A DNA stretch of 64,000 nucleotides from the IMG/VR virus record IMGVR_UViG_2721755486_000003; one strand, 5' to 3'. The notes beneath the pieces are model-generated. The model searched no databases, had not been told where the DNA came from, and worked only from the letters and a program-made list of their open reading frames with translations. Below, one piece after another: positions 1 through 8,759 of the stretch. This stretch comes from a virus. Its lineage: Duplodnaviria > Caudoviricetes. The stretch's first letter is position 1; each line of letters opens with the position of its first letter. The translations under genes and the position numbers were made by a program.

Positions 1-178
1 GCGTCGCGGCCAGCTTGACCAGGTTCTCGTATCGAGCCGTCGGCTCGGGGGTGTAGGTCCGCACGAAGCCGCCCTGGCGCGAGAACTTGGGCCGACCCTT
101 GGCGACCGGCTGCCCGGGCACGGCGAACACGACGCGGCGCAGTGCGCGGCCGTCGGCGAAGAGCGATTGCGTCGTCAT
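1..178 (-). CDS. rusA: RusA-family Holliday junction resolvase (N-terminal part, runs off window)
   Basis: Manual translation MTTQSLFADGRALRRVVFAVPGQPVAKGRPKFSRQGGFVRTYTPEPTARYENLVK; ATGA overlap with upstream gene. Confidence 0.8.
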   Translation of the reverse strand, partial: MTTQSLFADGRALRRVVFAVPGQPVAKGRPKFSRQGGFVRTYTPEPTARYENLVKLAAT

Positions 179-1173
179 GCTGCGGCCACCTGTCCCGGCG
201 CCACGCCGTACATGAGCACGTGCACGCGCTCGAACTCGTTCGGGTTCATGCGCTCGGCCTTGCTGACCTCGCGCTCGATCAGCCGCTGGTCGCCCGAGGC
301 CCCGATCACCCGCAGACGGAACCAGAGCCAAGGCTCGTCGGCGCCCTGCCTCAGCCCGTGCTCGCCGGCCTTGGCCAGCACGCCGTCGGTCGTGGCATCC
401 CAGTCCGTGCCGGGCGGACCGCTGCGGTCGCCGGCCAGCGCCTCGTCGACGAACGGCTCGAGGAAGCCGGGGTTCACCGCCGAGCTGTCCCTGTCGGCAT
501 CCCTTCGCGCACGCGCGAGGGCATGAGCCCGGAGCAACACCGGCACGGCAATGCGGCGCACGGCAATCCGGAGCAACGCCTCGCGTGCGCGCGGGGTCAG
601 GGCGACGGTCTTGCCCCGCTCGGCCTCCAAGCGCTGGAGGGCTTCCCCGATCTCATCGGCGGAAAGCGGCGGCGGCGATTCCGAGTTATCCACAGGGCCT
701 ACCACGTTCGAACTACCTACGCCGCTTGAGTAGGTATTGTTTTTCTGGCTATGGCTATGGTTAACCAGCGCGGGTTCTGAGGTGGGTTCAATTTGGGTTA
801 CCGAACCGAAACCCATTGGGTTTTCTGGTGGGTTATCCGTGGGTTGCCCTTTCCTCGGACGGCCGCCCTTTTTTCCGTTCTCTCGGTTTGCATCCGCCTT
901 CGGCTTGGCTTTCTCGATTTCCGCGTCGATCCGCTTGTGGCGGAACCCGTCGATGCCATCCTGGAAGAACTGCAAGAGGATGCTGTCAACGGCTTTCTGT
1001 TCTGCCTTGTCGGTAGCACGCGCGATGCGGTAGACGGCCTTACGGTCGGTGGGCAGCGGCTTCTCGGTCGAGTAGTAGAAGTCCATCAGGCGGTTGTAGG
1101 CGCCGTCCTCGACCATCGAGAGGTGGACCGTATCGCGCGCGTAGTCGCCTGTGTAGCGCTTGTAGAAGTTCAT
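175..1173 (-). CDS. YdaU/DUF1376-family phage replication protein
   Basis: N-terminus MNFYKRYTGDYARDTVHLSMVEDGAYNRLMDFYY and NGKKGGRP motif; position in early operon. Confidence 0.85.
   Translation of the reverse strand: MNFYKRYTGDYARDTVHLSMVEDGAYNRLMDFYYSTEKPLPTDRKAVYRIARATDKAEQKAVDSILLQFFQDGIDGFRHKRIDAEIEKAKPKADANRENGKKGGRPRKGQPTDNPPENPMGFGSVTQIEPTSEPALVNHSHSQKNNTYSSGVGSSNVVGPVDNSESPPPLSADEIGEALQRLEAERGKTVALTPRAREALLRIAVRRIAVPVLLRAHALARARRDADRDSSAVNPGFLEPFVDEALAGDRSGPPGTDWDATTDGVLAKAGEHGLRQGADEPWLWFRLRVIGASGDQRLIEREVSKAERMNPNEFERVHVLMYGVAPGQVAAA
686..846. repeat. Putative replication origin of prophage 1: GGGTT iterons plus DnaA box
   Basis: GGGTT at 772, 784, 795, 818, 830, 841 (mostly 11-12 bp apart) and inverted AACCC at 810; TTATCCACA at 686-694; all inside the replication gene. 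Confidence 0.6.
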
Positions 1174-1222
1174 GAGGCCCTCCAATGCGGAAGGGCCTTG
1201 AAATTGACGTCTGCGAGAGTGC

Positions 1223-1432
1223 TTAGCGCTGTTCTTCCAACAGCTTCAGCAAGCCCTTCGCGAGCGCCTCGACGCAATCCAGCGGCACGTCGACTTCCTT
1301 GATACTGACTGACTCGAAGTCCTGCGCGATACCCGCCACGGTGATCTTGACATCCCTGTACGGTGTCAGCTCGATCGAGATCTGCGGCCGATCGCCTACC
1401 ACCACGTACCCGTTTTTCCCATCCGATTGCAT
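1223..1432 (-). CDS. Hypothetical protein (start may be 1540)
   Basis: ORF MQSDGKNGYVVVGDRPQISIEL... with globular-looking composition. Confidence 0.5.
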   Translation of the reverse strand: MQSDGKNGYVVVGDRPQISIELTPYRDVKITVAGIAQDFESVSIKEVDVPLDCVEALAKGLLKLLEEQR

Positions 1433-1597
1433 CCTTGTCTGCCTCATGTCCTGCCTGGTTGAAGGGACGGGCGGGCGCGGCATGGCAGGCGACTGCCGCG
1501 CGCCGGTGGCCACCGGCTGCCCGACTGGAAACCAGATCATAAGCCAGCGCGATGCGCAGGAAGCAGTCGGGGGGTGTCAGTGGCGGTTGGTCGGAGT

Positions 1598-2647
1598 TCA
1601 CGTTGCAGTCTCCAACACCAGCCCCGGCTGGCGCGTGCGCTCAGCCTGCAGGGCGATGTATTCGGGGTTGAGCTCGGCGCCGAGCCAGCGTCGGCCGAGC
1701 CGCTGCGCGACGCTGGCCACCGTGCCCGAGCCCATGAACGGGTCGAATACGATGTCACCAGGGCGGCTGCCGGCCAGGATGCAGGGCTCGACCAGGGCCT
1801 CGGGGAAGGTGGCGAAGTGGGCGCCGCTATAGGACTGTGTGGCGATGGTCCAGACGGAACGCTTGTTGCGCGTCTCGCAGTACTCGATGTCCTCACGGCC
1901 GGGCCGGTGCTGAGCCTTCTGGCCGTGCTCGGCAGTGGAGTACTTCGTCTCGCGCGCGAAGCTGTTGCGCTTCGACCCGGCGGTGATGCGGCCGCGGGCC
2001 CGCCAGTCGGCGTCGTAGCCGTGGCCAAATCCCACACCGCTGGGCGTCGCGCCATAGGTGGCCGGTTCCTTGATCGCCTCGGCGTCGAAGCGGTACCGCG
2101 CGCTCTTCGTCAGGAGGAACAGGTACTCGTGGGCCTTCGTGCAGCGGTCCGTGACCGATTCCGGCATCGGGTTCGGCTTGTGCCAGATGATGTCCTGGCG
2201 CAGCCACCAGCCGGCGTCCTGCAGGGCGAAGGCGAGGCGCCAGGGCTGGCCCATCAGATCCTTAGCCTTGATGCCAGGCTCTCGGATGGTTCCGGTACCG
2301 CTGGCCTTGCGCTGACTCGCAGCGACCTGCCGGGCGCTCAGCGCGGACACCGCCACGCCACTGTACTCGCGACCCTGCGAGCCCCACGAGCCAGCGTAGC
2401 TGTCGCCCATGTTCAGCCAAAGGGTACCGTCGTCCGCGAGCAGCTCGCGCGCCAGGTCAAACACCTCGACCATGTTGGCCAGGAACTCGCGCAGCGTCGG
2501 CTCCAGGCCGAGCTGGCCGCCGACGCCATAGTCGCGCAGGCCCCAGTACGGCGGGCTGGTCACGATGCACTGCACGCGCACGCCGGCGGCGAGCAGATCG
2601 CGCATGACATCGCGGCAGTCGCCTTGGTAGCAGTGGTCGAGCGTCAT
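1598..2647 (-). CDS. DNA methyltransferase, N4-C/N6-A beta class
   Basis: TSPPYW (motif IV) precedes DPFMGSGT (motif I); IIWHKPNPMPES. Confidence 0.93.
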   Translation of the reverse strand: MTLDHCYQGDCRDVMRDLLAAGVRVQCIVTSPPYWGLRDYGVGGQLGLEPTLREFLANMVEVFDLARELLADDGTLWLNMGDSYAGSWGSQGREYSGVAVSALSARQVAASQRKASGTGTIREPGIKAKDLMGQPWRLAFALQDAGWWLRQDIIWHKPNPMPESVTDRCTKAHEYLFLLTKSARYRFDAEAIKEPATYGATPSGVGFGHGYDADWRARGRITAGSKRNSFARETKYSTAEHGQKAQHRPGREDIEYCETRNKRSVWTIATQSYSGAHFATFPEALVEPCILAGSRPGDIVFDPFMGSGTVASVAQRLGRRWLGAELNPEYIALQAERTRQPGLVLETAT

Positions 2648-2679
2648 GCTAGGATCGTCAAGAACAACAAGGAGCAGGA

Positions 2680-2874
2680 ATGCAGTACAAGGTCGAAGGA
2701 TCGAGGGTAATCGTCGGGGAAAAAGTCTACGTTTTCGCGACGAGCACGCAGGCACGGAGCTTCACGAGCTGCCTTGACAACGGAGGGAGCACTGACAGTT
2801 GCGCTCTGGAGGTGAAGCCGCTCCGCGTCGAGCGGCTGCGCTCGCCATCCGCTTCTATAGACCTCGACATGTAG
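2680..2874 (+). CDS. Small hypothetical protein, antisense to early operon (moron)
   Basis: 64-aa ORF with AAGGAG RBS, lower GC. Confidence 0.6.
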   Translation: MQYKVEGSRVIVGEKVYVFATSTQARSFTSCLDNGGSTDSCALEVKPLRVERLRSPSASIDLDM

Positions 2875-2906
2875 GGCCTCTGCCAGTCGTTCGCCTGTAG
2901 ATCCAC

Positions 2907-3176
2907 TCACGCCTCCACCTCCGCGCCCTCTTCCGCTTCGACCGGCACGCCGCTGATAGGACGCAGGTCCGCGTCCAGGCAGTCGCCATCATTGCTAAGG
3001 CCACGTGCCCCCGTTGACACGTCCAGCACGTGGAACGGGGCGCCCTCACCTTGCACCGTCCAGGCCGCGCACCCGTAAATCGGGCTGGCCGGTGCGATGA
3101 CGCGCACCACACGCCCAACGTTCTCGGGGAACGGGTCTCGCACGATGTAGGCCAGAATCCCAGGCTTGCAATTCAT
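2907..3176 (-). CDS. Conserved phage hypothetical protein
   Basis: MNCKPGILAYIV...DADLRPI; coupled overlaps on both sides. Confidence 0.7.
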   Translation of the reverse strand: MNCKPGILAYIVRDPFPENVGRVVRVIAPASPIYGCAAWTVQGEGAPFHVLDVSTGARGLSNDGDCLDADLRPISGVPVEAEEGAEVEA

Positions 3177-3256
3177 GGCAAGAACCCCCACACGATCGAG
3201 CCGACGATCGCCACCAGCAGCAGCGCGACGGCCCCTTCCATGACCAGCTGATCCAT
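3173..3256 (-). CDS. 27-aa membrane peptide
   Basis: MDQLVMEGAVALLLVAIVGSIVWGFLP; coupled overlaps; similar peptide at 47535-47612. Confidence 0.55.
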   Translation of the reverse strand: MDQLVMEGAVALLLVAIVGSIVWGFLP

Positions 3257-3567
3257 CACGACACCTCCATCCCTTTCATGCCGATCTCGGCCAGCGTGCG
3301 CAACGCTTCGAACTGCGCGCGTGTGATGGTCACCATGTCCTGGGCCGGCTGCCCGGGCTCGTCGTCATCGCCGGCCAGCTGGGAGAGATCGATGCCGAGG
3401 AAGGCCAGCAACTCGCAGAATTTCTTCAGCTGCAGGCCGTGGCCGCGCCCGTTGTGGAAGCGACTGAAGTTCGAGGCCTCAACGCCGATCGCTTCGGCGA
3501 CTGTCTTCTGCGTGTGCTGCGCGATCCGGCGCACTACCACAACTTCGTTGCGATCAGCAACATGCAT
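3256..3567 (-). CDS. CII-like HTH regulator
   Basis: TQKTVAEAIGVEASNFSR HTH; position downstream of cro. Confidence 0.65.
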   Translation of the reverse strand: MHVADRNEVVVVRRIAQHTQKTVAEAIGVEASNFSRFHNGRGHGLQLKKFCELLAFLGIDLSQLAGDDDEPGQPAQDMVTITRAQFEALRTLAEIGMKGMEVS

Positions 3568-3880
3568 CGGTTGCTCCCAAGTGCATTGCGGTTTCCATAC
3601 GATTCATCCCAACGAGACAGCAGAGCCGGCGCGCCACGGTGCCCGGCCAGGAAAAGGAAAACATGGGAAATGGATGCCACCACCGGCTACCGCTCGCGGC
3701 GGCGGCGATGCCGGCGCGTGCGAGCGCCGGGTGGTCACAAAGCGATACCTGCAGCGTGCGCGGCATGGTTCATTCCCCGGTCGGGCGTGGGCCCGTTGAA
3801 ATCACAAAGCGCGCCGACAGGCGGCACGCGGAACTGCTGTTGTTCGATTCAGCTACTGCGCGCGGGCGTGCGCTTCGTGC

Positions 3881-4120
3881 TCAGCCCTTCGGCCACGGAA
3901 GCCAGTCGATCACCCACACCGCCACCCAGAAGGTGAGGATCACGACGAACGCACCGAGCTGGCCGGCGATGAGCCTCGAGACGAGCGGGAAGCGACGCCG
4001 AAACGCTCGGATTCGGTCAGGCAATCCGGTCCCCTTCTCCGCCGATTGCGACTCGCCCAGCTGGCGAGCTCGGACCTTGACCCACCAGATGGCGGCTGTC
4101 ACGGCGCCCTTCTTCATCAC
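3881..4120 (-). CDS. Hypothetical membrane protein
   Basis: Coupled to cro; C-terminal hydrophobic segment. Confidence 0.4.
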   Translation of the reverse strand: MMKKGAVTAAIWWVKVRARQLGESQSAEKGTGLPDRIRAFRRRFPLVSRLIAGQLGAFVVILTFWVAVWVIDWLPWPKG

Positions 4121-4425
4121 GCGGCCTCGCTGTGGGCCTCGTGGGCGGCGGCCCGGGGCTTGCCGGGCTTGCGCGGCGGGGTGCCGGACGTCGGCAAACC
4201 GCGCGATGCCTCTGCAAGCTCAGGCCAAATCAGATGCCAGTCGTTTGGGCGCAGCTCTTTCCGTGTGGCGACCCCCACTCGTTCCGCATACGGGGCCAGC
4301 CGAATCAGCTTGTCATCAGGAATGCCCTTTTCGCGCCAAGCCGTGACAGACGGCGCCTTGATGTTGAGCAACCGTGCTACGGCATTGGTGCCGCCAAGTG
4401 CGTCGATGAGAGTGCTTGCATCCAT
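4117..4425 (-). CDS. cro: Cro-like repressor
   Basis: LIDALGGTNAVARLLNIKAPSVTAW HTH and LRPNDWHLIWPEL; divergent from cI. Confidence 0.85.
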   Translation of the reverse strand: MDASTLIDALGGTNAVARLLNIKAPSVTAWREKGIPDDKLIRLAPYAERVGVATRKELRPNDWHLIWPELAEASRGLPTSGTPPRKPGKPRAAAHEAHSEAA

Positions 4426-4456
4426 GGAAGGTCTCGTGATCGGTCCTAGCATGATG

Positions 4457-4520
4457 TTAGGACTAGCTAATACACAAGTCAATAGCAACTCCTAACCGAC
4501 TGAATGTTAGTCTTGGCTAA
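4457..4520. promoter_or_regulatory. OR-like operators (three TTAG-N6-CTAA sites)
   Basis: TTAGgactagCTAA 4457-4470, ATAGcaactcCTAA 4482-4495, TTAGtcttggCTAA 4507-4520 between cro and cI. Confidence 0.75.
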
Positions 4521-5470
4521 TGCTCTCTGAACGACTCAAACTCGCCATGAAGGAAGCCGGCGTCAGCCAGGCTGATCTGGCTCGTGCCTGTGGCGTGAAG
4601 CCCCCCAGCGTCAATGGATGGCTGAGTGGCAAATCAAAATTCTTGCGAGGAGAGAACCTCCTTGCGGCTGCCCGGGCTCTCAATGTCTCGGAGGAGTGGC
4701 TCGCGACGGGGCAAGGCCCAATGCGGACGACCACTGGGCTTCGACTTGAATCGCTTAGGACCACTCCTGAGCAGCGAGAGCACGAGAATGCCGAGCTTCT
4801 GGCGGCGACAGCTATTCCACTGCAGGACCGCCTCGACGAAGTCTTTGAGGAGTGCAGCGCTGTCGACTTGCTCCGCAAAATCGGCATGTCAGATTCTGAG
4901 TTCACTCGCGTCGCAGGCGGCTACACGATGCCCGTGGATTTGGCAGTAAAGATCCAAGAGGCTACTGGCATCAGTTCCGTGTGGCTATTGCTCGGAAAGG
5001 GGCCGAAGAAAGTTGCCATTCGCCACAACGACGACTGGAACCCTCTCCCGATCCCGCAAGCTTCCATCAGAAAAATTCCGGTCCTGGCGATGGCACAACT
5101 CGGCGACAACGGGCACTTCTGCGACATGGAATACCCGGTCGGCCACGGCGACGGGTATCTGCAATTCTTCAGCTCGGACCCTGATGCCTACGGCCTACGG
5201 TGTGTGGGCGACTCGATGGAGCCGCGGATCAAGGATGGCGAGTTCGTCGTGGCCGCCCCCAACCACTCGGTCACGAATGGCGATGAGGTCTTGGTCAAGT
5301 CCAAGGACGGCCGCGTCATGATCAAGATCCTGGGCTTCGCGCGGGACGGCTACACTAGCTTCCTGTCCGTCAACCAGAAGCACGGCATCGTGAAGATTCC
5401 GAACGACGATATCGAGAAGCTGGACTTCATCGAGGCCATCGTGAAGGCGTCGGCCTGGGTGCCGGACTAA
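4520..5470 (+). CDS. cI: CI-like repressor (HTH + S24 peptidase)
   Basis: SQADLARACGVKPPSVNGW HTH; GDSMEP catalytic Ser and IKIL Lys; second HTH-like segment in the linker. Confidence 0.92.
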   Translation: MLSERLKLAMKEAGVSQADLARACGVKPPSVNGWLSGKSKFLRGENLLAAARALNVSEEWLATGQGPMRTTTGLRLESLRTTPEQREHENAELLAATAIPLQDRLDEVFEECSAVDLLRKIGMSDSEFTRVAGGYTMPVDLAVKIQEATGISSVWLLLGKGPKKVAIRHNDDWNPLPIPQASIRKIPVLAMAQLGDNGHFCDMEYPVGHGDGYLQFFSSDPDAYGLRCVGDSMEPRIKDGEFVVAAPNHSVTNGDEVLVKSKDGRVMIKILGFARDGYTSFLSVNQKHGIVKIPNDDIEKLDFIEAIVKASAWVPD

Positions 5471-5477
5471 GGCAATA

Positions 5478-6314
5478 ATGAAGCGCATTCTAATCTCGGC
5501 AGCGATTGCACTATCCGGGCTCTCCCAAGCGGCTGAGTACTCTGTTAATGCGAATGCGCTGACTCTCGTTCAGAGATTGGTTGCGCAAGATCTACGCGTT
5601 ACCAGATCGGCCGGCCAAGGAATATTCAAACTTCCAGCCGGAGAATCTGAGACGCAATTTTTAGGCGAGTTGAGCGAGTGGCTATCGGGCAAGAGCCCCA
5701 ACCTGGCTCCTGTCCCGGCGGCACAAAAAGCATACCTCTTTCTCATCTACTGGGCAGCCGCGCGAATACCGGAGACATCTTCCTGTTTCAAGGATGCGGA
5801 GGATCCAGCGTGCGCGCGGGATTTTGACGAGGCCATCGAAAATACAAAATCGTCGAAGCCTGCGTTCCTGAAAGACTACAGCGTCGCACGAGGCCCTTTG
5901 GGACTACCGGAGAGGTCCTCCGTAGATCTCTCTGCTGAGCATTTGGCAGCATTGCCTGCGGCGTTGCCGATGCCGCATCCTCAGGCGCTTGTTAACGCTG
6001 ACCGTACCTGTGACGACTTAGGGTTTTCGTCTGGCCGACAGGGCTTTGGCGACGCCTGCAAACGCGGTAACCACCGAGGTTACGATGACTTGTTGGCGAT
6101 GCGATCGGACCCTGAAGTTCGCGTTGATTTCTGGGCGGCGTGCCAGGATGCCGTTGGATTCAGCGTGTCCGAGAACTACCTCGGTTGGTCGCAATGCGTG
6201 AAGTTCGTGCGTGCATCATGCCCAGCATCGAAGGTGTCCGGCGATAACGACATTCGGCGGTGCTTGCGCGCCATCCAGAGTAACGGATGGGTCTTGAATT
6301 CCGCCGTGCGCTGA
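5478..6314 (+). CDS. Exported Cys-rich hypothetical protein (immunity-region moron)
   Basis: Signal peptide MKRILISAAIALSGLSQA; 8 Cys; lower GC. Confidence 0.75.
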   Translation: MKRILISAAIALSGLSQAAEYSVNANALTLVQRLVAQDLRVTRSAGQGIFKLPAGESETQFLGELSEWLSGKSPNLAPVPAAQKAYLFLIYWAAARIPETSSCFKDAEDPACARDFDEAIENTKSSKPAFLKDYSVARGPLGLPERSSVDLSAEHLAALPAALPMPHPQALVNADRTCDDLGFSSGRQGFGDACKRGNHRGYDDLLAMRSDPEVRVDFWAACQDAVGFSVSENYLGWSQCVKFVRASCPASKVSGDNDIRRCLRAIQSNGWVLNSAVR

Positions 6315-6394
6315 GAGGCGCGGGCTTCGCGACTACTAGGCATCAACCTGACACCAGGATTGATCTACATGACCTCAATGAAACGCTTGCCCTC

Positions 6395-6634
6395 ATGAAA
6401 GTCACGCCCACCTGCCGGTACGAGCACGGGGAGTTGCAGGAGATCCCCCGAGAACCCGAAACGCACTACTTTGGCCTCATGGGGGCTACGCTCGTCCCAT
6501 TTCGGGCGGGGACACCCGTCGGCGAACCTCTCTCGCGGACAACGGTATCCGGTCGCATATATACCGTGTCCATCTTTCGTTGCCCGGTCTGCGGGTATCT
6601 GGAGATGTTCGACGACGAGGTCGGCAATGGCTGA
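6395..6634 (+). CDS. Small zinc-ribbon protein
   Basis: CRYEH and CPVCGYLEMF motifs. Confidence 0.65.
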   Translation: MKVTPTCRYEHGELQEIPREPETHYFGLMGATLVPFRAGTPVGEPLSRTTVSGRIYTVSIFRCPVCGYLEMFDDEVGNG

Positions 6635-7052
6635 GCGCCGCCTCGCACCCGTCGACGAGAACTATGAGCATTCCGGCGGGGGCGGCGGGCCGCCCTATAA
6701 TGGCGATATGGAACGCATTGAGCGCCTCGAGGGCGCCGTCTCCCGCCTGGAATCCGACATGGCCGCTCTCAAGAGCGATGTGGCGGTGATCGTGGCCAAC
6801 TATGCGACCAAGGCGGACGTCGCCGAAATCCGGGCTGATATCCACAAAGCGATCGCGGAGAATTCACGTTGGACGCACACTGCGACAATGGGGATGTTCG
6901 GCGCCTTTGTGCTCGGGGCGATCGGCCTCCTGTTCACCATTTGGAACGCCGCGAAGCCTGCATCCTCGCCGCAACCCCAGGCTGCGGCCGCGCCGATTGT
7001 GATCCAGGTGCCGGTGCCAAGCCCCGCTGCCCCGGCGCCGCCGGCAAAGTAG
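6627..7052 (+). CDS. Coiled-coil membrane protein (DUF1640/XhlA-like)
   Basis: Heptad region, NYATKAD motif, one TM helix, Pro-rich tail. Confidence 0.7.
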   Translation: MAERRLAPVDENYEHSGGGGGPPYNGDMERIERLEGAVSRLESDMAALKSDVAVIVANYATKADVAEIRADIHKAIAENSRWTHTATMGMFGAFVLGAIGLLFTIWNAAKPASSPQPQAAAAPIVIQVPVPSPAAPAPPAK

Positions 7053-7062
7053 CCATCCCGAA

Positions 7063-7089
7063 GAACCCGCCGGCCCAGGCGGGTTTTTT
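7063..7089 (+). terminator. Intrinsic terminator of cI operon
   Basis: AACCCGCC-ggccca-GGCGGGTT followed by T-tract. Confidence 0.8.
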
Positions 7090-7093
7090 CTGC

Positions 7094-7309
7094 CTATCGC
7101 CGCCGTCTCGCCGCCGCAATAACCCTCTCATTCAGCCCCACGCGATAGAGCGTAGCCCCGGCCTGCTCTAGCGCCGCCCTCTCCTTCCCCTCGATCGTCT
7201 CGTCGGCCAGCAGCGCCGCCAGCAATGCGATCGCGTCATCCACGTCCAGATCCTGGTCGTCATCGAGCGCCAGCTCTTCGAACCTGCGGATCACGTCGTC
7301 TGGGTCCAT
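7094..7309 (-). CDS. Acidic hypothetical protein
   Basis: 71-aa ORF with GGAGG RBS. Confidence 0.65.
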   Translation of the reverse strand: MDPDDVIRRFEELALDDDQDLDVDDAIALLAALLADETIEGKERAALEQAGATLYRVGLNERVIAAARRRR

Positions 7310-7399
7310 GAGTGCCCTCCTGAGTACCCGATCCAGTCTAGTCCAGTTGCATAGCTAGTCCGGCCCTCAAACCATGGGCCAGGCCCTCTACGCAGAAAA

Positions 7400-7442
7400 T
7401 TAGGAGTTCCTATTGACTTCATGCATTAGCGTCTCCTAATAT
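7400..7442 (+). promoter_or_regulatory. pL-like promoter with two OL-like operators
   Basis: TTAGgagttcCTAT 7400-7413, TTAGcgtctcCTAA 7426-7439; TTGACT (7413) and TAATAT (7437). Confidence 0.75.
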
Positions 7443-7486
7443 TCCTCCACGCCGCTCACCTCCGCAGCGGCTCGCTGGAGACAGAG

Positions 7487-7834
7487 ATGCCCAATGCCGT
7501 TCCCACCGCTGCCGCGTACCAGCACGCCTATGAGGCGCGCCAGCGCGCCGCCGGCCAGCCTGCGCCGGCTTTCCTCGCACCGGCCACCGCGCCGCGCCTT
7601 CCGCGCGCCGACGAGCAGTCCGCCGTCGTCATGACCGCCGGCGAGTGGTGGTCGGTCATCGGCGAGTTCACCACGCCCGGGCCCGGCCAGGCCCCCGCCT
7701 TCGTCGCAGCCAGCATCCGCATGGTCAACGCCGACGGCAGCCAGGGCCCCGAGCTGATCGACTTCTTCACGGCCATGTCGGTTGCCGAATTCGAGCGCCT
7801 GGCGGTCGAGTTCCTGACGGAAGGGAGGGCTTGA
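7487..7834 (+). CDS. Hypothetical phage protein
   Basis: First ORF after pL; GGAG RBS. Confidence 0.7.
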   Translation: MPNAVPTAAAYQHAYEARQRAAGQPAPAFLAPATAPRLPRADEQSAVVMTAGEWWSVIGEFTTPGPGQAPAFVAASIRMVNADGSQGPELIDFFTAMSVAEFERLAVEFLTEGRA

Positions 7835-7837
7835 GCC

Positions 7838-8134
7838 ATGGCTGATGCCAAGTTCGGACCCTGGGAGGCCTGCAGCAACCTGATCCGCGAGAAGCGCACG
7901 GCGGAGAGCGGCGCCGGTTTTCTGGTCGCAGAAGTGCCCGCGAACACCGAAGGCGCCAGCGCGAAGGCCACGCTGATGGCCGCCGCGCCCGAGCTGTTCG
8001 GCGTGGTCGACGCCCTGATCAAGTCCTTCCGCATGGCGGGCATCGCTGCCGACCTGGACAGCAACGACCCTGCCGAATGGCTGATGGCCAAGGCGGTCAT
8101 GGCGCATTCGAAGGCGCTGGGAGATCGGGCATGA
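7838..8134 (+). CDS. Hypothetical phage protein
   Basis: GPW...ATLMAAAPEL motif common in phage early genes. Confidence 0.75.
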   Translation: MADAKFGPWEACSNLIREKRTAESGAGFLVAEVPANTEGASAKATLMAAAPELFGVVDALIKSFRMAGIAADLDSNDPAEWLMAKAVMAHSKALGDRA

Positions 8135-8604
8135 GCGCAATGCAAGAAGCCTTCGACCGCGCGAGCGGGAAGAAGACCCCCTGGAATCCTTCGCGCAAGG
8201 CGACGGCGCGCGTGAAGAACCCTCTGCCCGCCCCCACCAGTTGCCCCCACTGCAACGGTGCTGTCGACCTCGTCAACAACAGCGCTATCTACGGCCGCGA
8301 ATACGGCGAATGGCCCTATGCCTACGCCTGTACGGCCGCAGGCTGTGGCGCATACGTGGGCCTGCACCCCTTTACCGCAATCCCGCTCGGCACCTTGGCC
8401 GACGGCCCAACCCGCGCCGCGCGGAAGCGGGCCAAGGCTGCCTTCAATCCGATCTGGCAGTCGGGCCGCATGACTCGCGGCGAGGCCTATGCATGGCTCG
8501 CCCGGGCGCTCGGCATCGAGAAGACCGAGGAGTGCCATATCGGATGGTTCGACGTGAGCACCTGCCAGCGAGTTGAGCAGGTCATCCGGGAGTCGCGTCA
8601 ATGA
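8131..8604 (+). CDS. Zinc-finger protein (DUF3268-like)
   Basis: CPHC, CGAYVGLHP, PLGTLA, AYAWLA, CHIGWF. Confidence 0.8.
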   Translation: MSAMQEAFDRASGKKTPWNPSRKATARVKNPLPAPTSCPHCNGAVDLVNNSAIYGREYGEWPYAYACTAAGCGAYVGLHPFTAIPLGTLADGPTRAARKRAKAAFNPIWQSGRMTRGEAYAWLARALGIEKTEECHIGWFDVSTCQRVEQVIRESRQ

Positions 8605-8759
8605 CCCCGCGCCACGACCCAGCGCGCATCGCGCGCAACACCCGCCGGCTGAACATGGTCACCGTCGCAGTGATCGTGGTGGTCGCCCTCGCCTACTTCT
8701 TCGCCACGAACGCGCCGGCCGCGCCGGTCCGGCCCACCAAGCACGTGAGGACCGTATGA
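8601..8759 (+). CDS. Small membrane protein
   Basis: MTPRHDPARIARN + TM; homolog at 54416. Confidence 0.65.
   Translation: MTPRHDPARIARNTRRLNMVTVAVIVVVALAYFFATNAPAAPVRPTKHVRTV

Noticed and set aside
1598-2647. Restriction-modification system
   Set aside because: No cognate endonuclease next to any of the three MTases; typical orphan phage enzymes
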